Source: an uncultured archaeon
GTDB taxonomy: Archaea > Thermoplasmatota > Penumbrarchaeia > JASLWR01
NCBI GenBank assembly: GCA_964430885.1
Contig: CAYSHM010000006.1
Location: 32,001-96,000 of the forward strand
Length of the DNA stretch: 64,000 nt
Direction: 5' to 3'
The position numbers and the translations under genes are program-made. Below the pieces are notes generated by a model, which had not been told where the DNA came from, did no database searches, and saw only the letters and a program-made list of their open reading frames with translations. Shown here one piece after another: positions 56,621 to 64,000 of the stretch (its first letter is position 1; each line of letters begins with the position of its first letter).

Positions 56621-58480
56621 ATGAATGAAAAAGACCTCCAAAGGGACGATGGTCCCGCTACAGGGAATACCATGGAAAATGAAGAGGAGTTTTCATACAC
56701 TTCCGGTGAAATAACCGGCAAATCTCCCATGGAGCAAACTCTGGATCAAGGTCTTCAATTTCTCGAATACCTCCAAAAGCGGAAGGAAACATACAGGGCG
56801 GTCAAACTATATTTTCATAATGACATGGACGGTTTTGCTTCCTCACTTCTTGTGAACCATCTCCTGACAAAGATCGGTTATGAAATTCCTCTGGAGAACA
56901 TACACCCCTTGGCTCATGTCAACCTGAATAATGTGGCAATAGATGAACAGCATCTATTTTTCTTTGTAGATATACGGCCCCCTAGCTCAGCTTTCAAAGA
57001 ATCAAGTCTGGCGGGAGAGGATAGACCTTTCATGGAAAATGTTTTCTGTGTGGATCATCACACAACCCTGGATTCACCCCTTTCACCCCATGCGAATTTC
57101 TTTCTTTACAACTATGAGATCGATGATATTCTTCCATCCACTGCCACCTTCCTGATGTATTATCTTGTAATGCTTGAGAAAGGGATCAGGGGAACCTACG
57201 GTGCCCTCATGAGGGAATGGATGACGAACCCCCCCATGAACACAAGATATCTTCTGCTACAGGCCACCATTGCTGATCATCTTCATCTTCTGTCGGAAAA
57301 GCTACCCAATAATCCCCTGAGGTATCTATCCAACCTGCTTATTGAGGATATGGATGCCTATGTGCTCCTATCAATAACCACCTCACTGCTGCTGGGAGGG
57401 GACGGCGGACATATGGATATGTTCAGGCAACTATATTCCGAAGCCCTGGGGAATATCAATCAGGAATTAATGGCCCAGAAATTAGAGAACAATCTTTCTC
57501 AGGTACTTTCGCTTTTTGAATTCGTGGATATTCTCATGAAGAAGCGTAAGGAATTCATCGATGATATGGCCAAGGATATGGATGGGGAGATCCAGAGAAC
57601 AGAAGCTGGGATCAGCGGAATGACGGATACCCTGAATAACTATAACACCGCAGCCGATAAGATCAAGGAGGAACTCTCATTCCAGAATATAGCTATGGGG
57701 AAACTGAAGGATCTTCGAAATGATTACATGGGTATCAGGGAGCAGATGACGCGTTTAGAGAACCAGATAGGTATTGAGTTGGGAAGGCTTGAAAAACAGA
57801 AAGTTCTCAGATACCATCTTGTGGCTGAAGGAGACATCAATTTATCAGTTTTCCTGCCACCCCAGAACAATGATCAGGTTAGAGGCATACTGTCATCACT
57901 TCTATTTTATCACGGTAATAACAACATCATCATAGAGGAGAAGACATCCAAGGCCGTGTGGAGTTCAAGGGGTTATGAGGGAAAGGAATTGGAAAGCTTC
58001 CTGACAACAGTATCGGTGGACATGGAGAAATTGATGGAACTGAAGGAACATCAGGAGGCGGTGGAGGAATTTAAGGGAGATCCAACCATAATTGAGAAGC
58101 TTGAATTGGATGAGAGGTCCCCTCCTTTGATATCTGTGGAGAACCGATATATCGGACAGATGGGTGGCAGGAGTAGGATATTCGGCGGTATCATTACCAG
58201 CAATGTCACCCTTGATGCTAGCACTTTGGTTCAAGACAGAGGAGGTAATGAACTACAGTCCATACTTACGGTTCCTCACCAGCGGTTCTGGATATCAACT
58301 ATACAAGCAATAAAGGAAAAATTCAAGGAGAGCCAGTGGTTCACAGTACAGGTGGAAGGGGGTGCAAGCTTGGGCGAGATACTCTCAGACCAGTGGGAGC
58401 TGCTGCTGATGCATTTCATGGGCAATAGGATGTCATACAGGATTTTTGAACTGAAAAGCAATGGTCAAGATGGCATCTGA
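56621..58480 (+). CDS. DHH-superfamily phosphoesterase-like protein with a coiled-coil insertion
   Basis: YFHNDMDG (motif I), FVD (II), VDHH (III), IAD (IV); central heptad-rich helix. Confidence 0.6.
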   Translation: MNEKDLQRDDGPATGNTMENEEEFSYTSGEITGKSPMEQTLDQGLQFLEYLQKRKETYRAVKLYFHNDMDGFASSLLVNHLLTKIGYEIPLENIHPLAHVNLNNVAIDEQHLFFFVDIRPPSSAFKESSLAGEDRPFMENVFCVDHHTTLDSPLSPHANFFLYNYEIDDILPSTATFLMYYLVMLEKGIRGTYGALMREWMTNPPMNTRYLLLQATIADHLHLLSEKLPNNPLRYLSNLLIEDMDAYVLLSITTSLLLGGDGGHMDMFRQLYSEALGNINQELMAQKLENNLSQVLSLFEFVDILMKKRKEFIDDMAKDMDGEIQRTEAGISGMTDTLNNYNTAADKIKEELSFQNIAMGKLKDLRNDYMGIREQMTRLENQIGIELGRLEKQKVLRYHLVAEGDINLSVFLPPQNNDQVRGILSSLLFYHGNNNIIIEEKTSKAVWSSRGYEGKELESFLTTVSVDMEKLMELKEHQEAVEEFKGDPTIIEKLELDERSPPLISVENRYIGQMGGRSRIFGGIITSNVTLDASTLVQDRGGNELQSILTVPHQRFWISTIQAIKEKFKESQWFTVQVEGGASLGEILSDQWELLLMHFMGNRMSYRIFELKSNGQDGI

Positions 58481-58741
58481 TTTTCTGCACCTGAAATATG
58501 ATCACTTCACTTCGATAGCCTATCATCCAATGATATATTCCAATGAAAAATTTTAAAAATGATACACCTTTTCCACTTACAGAACCGAATAGGAGTTTTT
58601 TCGGGGATAATATGAACTAAAAAATGTTATACTTGGTGTAACATAAACATGGATTCATAGTGTATTGGTTTGATCAATCAAAGTGCTAAGGGGATTGAAT
58701 TGATCTTGGTGATCTCCCGAGGAGATACAAGAGGTGGATAG

Positions 58742-59629
58742 ATGAACATTGAGAACAAGTTATGGTTTGGAATCATAGTAGGTGCAGTTGTTTTGCTGAT
58801 AGTTTCAGTTATTCTTTATGCTACATTCAAAGAGGAAAACGTTGAGGAAGGAAAGACCTCCATTCCTGTAATTCTAGAGGGTTATGAGATAGAGTACAAA
58901 TATACGGTCCGAATCGGCGGACCTAACGGACCGGTATATGATTCCAATATGGACAATATCATAAACTCATCTCTGGTTGAGAAAACGGTTTTCTATAATA
59001 ACTATGCTCAATGGCCGGAACGTTTCATAGTTGGTGAGCACCCGGCCGATGCGGAATTACCTTCCTTCAGCGATCATTTCATTGGACATGAGGAAGGGGA
59101 CCATTTCAATTTCGTTCTTTCGGGGGTGAGCCGTCTAGAATATAACGACAGTAAAAGGGTGGAAATACCTGTGAAGGAGAAGATACCTCTCTATGAGACA
59201 GTGAACAAAGAGCAGTTCAAATCATCGTTAGGAGCTGTGGATTTGAAGGTTGGTATGATATATAATCATGGTTTTTGGGGATGGGAAATTGAGATTTTTG
59301 AATTTATCGACGAGAATAATATGACAATTTATCACAGACCTGAGATAGGTTACGAAATAGATGTTCTTCCCTGGTCTTCCGAAGTGAAGGATGTATCATC
59401 TGAAACGGGTTTCATAACTCTGAATCATGATCTGACAGATAAAGATCTTCTAAAGGGCCAGTTCTACCCCTTTGAATACACGGATTATTCTGACCATTTT
59501 GATAATATGAACAATCCGGGTTACATCCAACAGCTTGGTCCGAATTATATAGTGATCGAGTTCAATGATGAACGCGCAGGTGCGGATATTTATTTTGATA
59601 TAGAGATAGTGAGGATTCTGAATTCCTGA
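58742..59629 (+). CDS. Membrane-anchored FKBP/SlyD-like protein (divergent)
   Basis: N-terminal TM; YTVRI...VYDS, F...FIG.E.G, IEFN..RAG..IYFDIEIV. Confidence 0.55.
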   Translation: MNIENKLWFGIIVGAVVLLIVSVILYATFKEENVEEGKTSIPVILEGYEIEYKYTVRIGGPNGPVYDSNMDNIINSSLVEKTVFYNNYAQWPERFIVGEHPADAELPSFSDHFIGHEEGDHFNFVLSGVSRLEYNDSKRVEIPVKEKIPLYETVNKEQFKSSLGAVDLKVGMIYNHGFWGWEIEIFEFIDENNMTIYHRPEIGYEIDVLPWSSEVKDVSSETGFITLNHDLTDKDLLKGQFYPFEYTDYSDHFDNMNNPGYIQQLGPNYIVIEFNDERAGADIYFDIEIVRILNS

Positions 59630-59641
59630 TGAGGTGATGTA

Positions 59642-60568
59642 ATGGCAAGGAAAAGAAGCGTGGACGGATCAAAAAGAGGAAAACACGGCGGAGACGCATC
59701 CATGTTCGATGATATCGATGAGTACAGTATAAGGGAAGAGGTGAGGGGTTCGGTCATGAAGGAGTCATCCCGCAGAAAAGCCTTAATGCCTTATGTGGTT
59801 CTGGTACTTGTAATATTAGCAATAATAGGAGGGTATTTTGCCTACATGTATCTTATAAAGGAAGACAAGGATACACCTGCTTCTGATTTCAATGAGGATA
59901 ATTCCTTCATTGCAGATGTGGAGATAAAGGTAGAGACCAAGACCGATGGTGATGGAAGCCACAGCCCTTTTGATTACAGTATGCACAAGGTTGATCCTTC
60001 TAGGGGAACCCAATACCTGCTTTTGATCAAGAACAAGGGTGAAGAAAAGGATTCTTTCCGATTGACTGCGGACAATCCCAGCGGTTGGTCAGTCACCTTC
60101 GAAGGTGGTAATGTCATGACGGACATGTCCCCGGGGTACTGGGATTACAAGATAATGACCATAAAGGTGACTGATTCAAGTGATTCCTATAGGGACATAA
60201 AGATTACAGCTACTTCATTATCAGACCCGTTAGTAAAGGACAGTATTATCACCAAGAACACAGTGGAATCTCTTCCTCCTGGCGAAGCAGATCTGAACAA
60301 TGATCCGGCTAAGGTAGATTACAATTTGGTATATTACGGCGGAGGAACTTCCGGGGAGAAGGGCTGGTATCATAATCAGGGTAGCGAGTTCGAGGCCACA
60401 AATGTTATTCAGGGGTTCAAGGAGGCCATCAAGGGAATGAGAGTAGGCCAGACCAAAGTAATAGAGGTTCCACCTGAAAAGGGATATGGTCCGGATGATG
60501 AGAAGCATGTTGGCGGCCGTCCCCTGGTCTTCGAGATCACAATGCTGGATGTCAACACCAATAATTAG
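59642..60568 (+). CDS. Membrane-anchored Ig-like plus FKBP-type peptidyl-prolyl isomerase
   Basis: TM segment; VIQGFKEAIKGMRVGQTK.IEVPPEKGYG...LVFEITML. Confidence 0.8.
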   Translation: MARKRSVDGSKRGKHGGDASMFDDIDEYSIREEVRGSVMKESSRRKALMPYVVLVLVILAIIGGYFAYMYLIKEDKDTPASDFNEDNSFIADVEIKVETKTDGDGSHSPFDYSMHKVDPSRGTQYLLLIKNKGEEKDSFRLTADNPSGWSVTFEGGNVMTDMSPGYWDYKIMTIKVTDSSDSYRDIKITATSLSDPLVKDSIITKNTVESLPPGEADLNNDPAKVDYNLVYYGGGTSGEKGWYHNQGSEFEATNVIQGFKEAIKGMRVGQTKVIEVPPEKGYGPDDEKHVGGRPLVFEITMLDVNTNN

Positions 60569-60811
60569 AACGATCAAGTTCGACCAGCTAAGTGCCGACC
60601 CACAAAGCAAAAACTCAATCATCCCTCGTTTGGAAACAATGGGTTTGATTTGTAAGTTAATTATTAATAGGAGTTTGAGGAATAAGGGTCGGAAATGGAA
60701 TCCTTTGGCATTTGGGTATAATAGTGTATATTGAATGACATGGGAACTCCGATTTAATCAATAACTATAGTTCACACTGATGAATATTAATGGATAAGGA
60801 GAGGTGTAAGG

Positions 60812-61090
60812 ATGAAGTTGCCAAGAAGGATAAAAACGTACTGTCCGTTCTGCAAGGTCCACACGGAGCATAAGGTGGAAAATGTGAAGAAGAAGAAGGC
60901 TTCTGAGCTGAAATGGGGACAGAGACGTTTCAGAAAGGTAATGAGAGGGTACAGGGGATTTCCCAGACCCAAACCCGAAGGCAGGGAAAAACCAACCAAA
61001 AGAATATATCTACGAAAAAGGTGCACCCAGTGCAATAAAGCTCATCAGAGCAAATGTTTCAGATCAGGGAAATTTGCGTTCAAGGATTGA
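60812..61090 (+). CDS. rpl44e: 50S ribosomal protein L44e (eL42)
   Basis: [31 protein letters not shown]. Confidence 0.97.
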   Translation: MKLPRRIKTYCPFCKVHTEHKVENVKKKKASELKWGQRRFRKVMRGYRGFPRPKPEGREKPTKRIYLRKRCTQCNKAHQSKCFRSGKFAFKD

Positions 61091-61095
61091 TAATT

Positions 61096-61311
61096 ATGCA
61101 TATACAAAAACAGACCAAGTATTTGGATACACCTAACAGCAAATACTTAAAGGTGAAATGTCACGACTGCATGAACGAGCAGGTAATATTCAACAAGGCC
61201 AGTAATGTTGTGAAATGTTTGGTTTGCGGGGCTACTTTAGCAGAACCCACCGGCGGAATGGCCAAGGTAAAGAGTAAGATATTGGCCGTTGTTGACAGAA
61301 AGTACAGATGA
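61096..61311 (+). CDS. rps27e: 30S ribosomal protein S27e
   Basis: [18 protein letters not shown]...CLVCG..LAEPTGG. Confidence 0.96.
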   Translation: MHIQKQTKYLDTPNSKYLKVKCHDCMNEQVIFNKASNVVKCLVCGATLAEPTGGMAKVKSKILAVVDRKYR

Positions 61312-61325
61312 AGGTAGAGATTTAT

Positions 61326-62099
61326 ATGGCAAACCGATTCGAATGGCCTTTGGAAGATGAACTGGTTGTATGTACCGTAAAAAGGGTTCTTGATTATGGT
61401 GCTTTTGTTACCCTGGATGAATATCAGGATAAAGAAGGCTTCATCCATATTGCTGAGATCGCTTCCGGTTGGGTCAAATATATCGGCAACCATATTAGAG
61501 AAAAGGCCAAGGTTGTTACCAAGGTCCTTCGTGTGGATCCTCGAAGGGAGCATATAGATCTCTCCTTGAAGAGGGTCAATGACCACCAGAAGAGGGCAAA
61601 GATACAGGAGTGGAGAAGAAATACCAAGATGCTGAAGCTCTTCGAACTTCTCTCAAAAAGAATAGAGAAAGAGCTGAAATTGTGTTATAGAGAGTTTGGT
61701 TTCTCACTGATGGAGAAATACGGCTCCCTTTATAACTCCTTTGAAGCGGTATCTATCAATAACAATGTCCTTGAAGAGGACGGTTTCCAGGGAGACTGGG
61801 TGGAGCATTTTGTTGATATTGCACGGACCAATATAACTCCCCCCTATGTATCCATTTCAGAGAAAATATACCTATTCTCTCCTGCTCCCAATGGAGTGGA
61901 ACATGTTAAGGAAGCTATAGGTTCGGTGATCAAAAATTCCGAGGAAAACGTCAAGATCACCTATGTAGGGGCGCCGGAATACCGGATCTCCGTCATCGCC
62001 CGCGATTATAAAAATGCGGAATCAGTAATGGCTAATACTGCAGGAGATGTTATTGATAAGATAACATCAACGGGCGGTTATGGTTCATTCGATAGATAA
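61326..62099 (+). CDS. eif2a: Translation initiation factor 2 alpha subunit (aIF2a)
   Basis: S1 domain ELVVCTV...YGAFVTLDEY..EGFIHIAEI, IDLSLKRV, YVGAPEYRI. Confidence 0.96.
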   Translation: MANRFEWPLEDELVVCTVKRVLDYGAFVTLDEYQDKEGFIHIAEIASGWVKYIGNHIREKAKVVTKVLRVDPRREHIDLSLKRVNDHQKRAKIQEWRRNTKMLKLFELLSKRIEKELKLCYREFGFSLMEKYGSLYNSFEAVSINNNVLEEDGFQGDWVEHFVDIARTNITPPYVSISEKIYLFSPAPNGVEHVKEAIGSVIKNSEENVKITYVGAPEYRISVIARDYKNAESVMANTAGDVIDKITSTGGYGSFDR

Positions 62100-62125
62100 A
62101 TAATTTTTTCAAGAGGGCATGGATC

Positions 62126-62305
62126 ATGAAGCATTTTTTATTCAAGTGTTCAGAATGTTCAGTCTATACTATGGACCAACAATGCCCAGAATGCGGTAAT
62201 ACAGCTTGGGCTGTGGAACCCCCTCGTTTTTCACCACAGGACCGTTGGGGGAAATACCGCAGAAAGTTATTACTTAACTTGGAGAATGATGAGAATGATG
62301 GATAG
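62126..62305 (+). CDS. nop10: H/ACA RNP protein Nop10 (59 aa, absent from the ORF track)
   Basis: Manual translation MKHFLFKCSECSVYTMDQQCPECG...PPRFSPQDRWGKYRR; conserved position between aIF2a and PAC2. Confidence 0.93.
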   Translation: MKHFLFKCSECSVYTMDQQCPECGNTAWAVEPPRFSPQDRWGKYRRKLLLNLENDENDG

Positions 62306-63062
62306 TGTGATCTTCCAAAAGGAAAATGTTCCCGATTGCCAGAATGCGGTATTGATAGAGGGATTACCGGGAATAGGACGGGTAGGTCAGATAGCAGCAG
62401 ATTATTTGGTGGAAAAATTGAATTCGGAAAAATTTATCACAATTTATTCACCCTTCTTTCCTCCTCAGGTTATGGTTGATGATGAGGGTCTGGTTCATCC
62501 CATGATTCAGGAAATGCATCACTGCATCACTAAATCAGGACGTCATTTACTGTTCTTAACCGGAGACTATCAGGGTTTGACTGGCGAAGCCCAGTATGCT
62601 CTCAGTCATGAAGTATTGAAACTCGCAAGCTCCATGGATGTGAAAGAGATCATAACTCTAGGTGGTTACGGTGTTAGAAAGATACTTGAAGAACCCAGGG
62701 TACTCGGTGCTGCCACTTCAAATGAAATTGTCTCCAAAATGGAGGAATTTCAGGTTGTGTTCAAAAGCGAACACCCCACGGGCGGTATTGTAGGAGCATC
62801 CGGTATATTGCTTGGATTGGCTCCGCTGTTTGATCTTGAAGGGGTTTGCCTAATGGGTGAGACCCATGGTGCCTATCCAGATCATATTGCTGCAAAGATG
62901 ATATTGAAGGTGCTGGATGCATATCTGGATCTGGATCTTGTTTATGATGATCTGGATGAACCCTCTCCCGCCCTGGAGGCCCTGAAGGCCCAGATAAAGG
63001 AAATGGATCAGGAAGCAGAAAAAGGTTACAAGGAAGAACAAGAACTGAACTATTTTGTATGA
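62295..63062 (+). CDS. PAC2 family (proteasome assembly chaperone-like) protein
   Basis: LIEGLPGIGRVG, FPPQV, TGDYQ, ITLGGYG, IVGASG.LLG, CLMGET. Confidence 0.92.
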   Translation: MMDSVIFQKENVPDCQNAVLIEGLPGIGRVGQIAADYLVEKLNSEKFITIYSPFFPPQVMVDDEGLVHPMIQEMHHCITKSGRHLLFLTGDYQGLTGEAQYALSHEVLKLASSMDVKEIITLGGYGVRKILEEPRVLGAATSNEIVSKMEEFQVVFKSEHPTGGIVGASGILLGLAPLFDLEGVCLMGETHGAYPDHIAAKMILKVLDAYLDLDLVYDDLDEPSPALEALKAQIKEMDQEAEKGYKEEQELNYFV

Positions 63063-63243
63063 TTTACCTTGATCTTTTATGAATTACCGATGATCTCTCA
63101 CCGGACTCTATTTCTTTCTTTCCAGCAGCTCTCTTTCTGAAAAGGATTCCAAAAATATTATTAGATGTAAGTTCGATGTAGTGTAGCATAGTAATTTTTT
63201 CAAGCTGCATAAGTATGTACATAGGGTTATGGGAGTTCATCAT

Positions 63244-64000
63244 ATGGCCGCAACTTTTTCAGGTAAGAAAGGTATCTATTCAGTTATTTTAATAATTATT
63301 ATTATTTTATGTGGTTACTCAGGTTTTATCCCATTGGTGTTGAGGAATGAAGACCAATTTATATGTTCCTTATTGCCGTCCGATCCAAATTCTGAGGACA
63401 ATGATGAGATTATAGATGGCAATATTGATAATGATATAATTACAAGAGGGAAAGGTTGGTTCTACCAAATGATCGACTTTCGGGACGAATCGGGTTTGGG
63501 GCAATCACCTTCTGCCAGATTTGACTCCATAGGGAATCTTCATGTAGGGTACGAGGATAGAGAAGCGGACCGCTTGAAATATACTTACTGGAACGGAAAC
63601 CAATGGGATATCCAAGTAATTGCCGGTTCAGATCCGGGGGATCCCATTGATACGGAAGGGCGTCCTTATATGGTGCTTGATGATATTGATAGTCCCCATT
63701 TTGCCTATATTGATGATGATGAACACCTCAAGCACACTTACTGGGACAACGACCATTGGGCCCATGAAATTGTGGATGGCATTTCCCAGTGCAAGGGTTA
63801 TACTCCTCTGGTAATAGATGGGAACGGCAGTATTCATGTGACGTATTATGATTCTATTATTACTGCCTTGAAGTATGCCTATTTCGATGGTAATTTCTGG
63901 AATGCCACCGTTGTGGATTCATTCGGAGACGTGGGTGAGTATTGTTCAATAGCCGTGGATTCGGAGAACAATCCCCATATTAGCTATTTTAATGATTCGG
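63244..64000 (+). CDS. N-terminal part of a secreted beta-propeller protein (3' truncated; absent from the ORF track)
   Basis: Manual translation is open to the window end: signal peptide, then blades LHVGYED..LKYTYWNG, IHVTYYD..LKYAYFDG, SIAVDSENNPHISY; same repeat type as 43170-46241. Confidence 0.8.
   Translation, partial: MAATFSGKKGIYSVILIIIIILCGYSGFIPLVLRNEDQFICSLLPSDPNSEDNDEIIDGNIDNDIITRGKGWFYQMIDFRDESGLGQSPSARFDSIGNLHVGYEDREADRLKYTYWNGNQWDIQVIAGSDPGDPIDTEGRPYMVLDDIDSPHFAYIDDDEHLKHTYWDNDHWAHEIVDGISQCKGYTPLVIDGNGSIHVTYYDSIITALKYAYFDGNFWNATVVDSFGDVGEYCSIAVDSENNPHISYFNDS

Noticed and set aside
1-64000. CRISPR array, integrase, transposase or prophage
   Set aside because: No regularly spaced repeat-spacer pattern and no recognisable mobility or phage ORFs; the repeats seen are inside coding low-complexity regions

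Overview
This window is archaeal chromosomal DNA, most likely from an uncultured Thermoplasmatota (inferred from SecY, class I LysRS, Bud32, ABCE1 and the rpl44e-rps27e-aIF2a-nop10-PAC2 operon). It has housekeeping genes, three tRNAs (Asp-GTC, Val-GAC, Ala-GGC) and a ~17 kb block of large secreted or membrane-anchored proteins. The main result is a complete bacterial-microcompartment (BMC) locus at 46594-56507, flanked by archaeal-type genes. It encodes six shell proteins (1 BMC-H, 2 BMC-T, 3 BMC-P) plus CoA-acylating aldehyde dehydrogenase, PduS, bacterial-type TPI, RpiB and DeoC, and four of the proteins carry encapsulation-peptide-like N-termini. This matches a sugar-phosphate (deoxyribose-5-P) utilisation (SPU-type) metabolosome, an organelle normally described only from bacteria. 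One vertex protein has a histone-H1-like Lys-rich tail. Other oddities are a surface protein whose cytoplasmic tail strings together short motifs resembling unrelated families, a bacterial-type tRNA-guanine transglycosylase, a radical-SAM-like protein lacking its CxxxCxxC motif, and a secreted caspase-fold protease. All calls come from reading motifs by eye; no searches were run.
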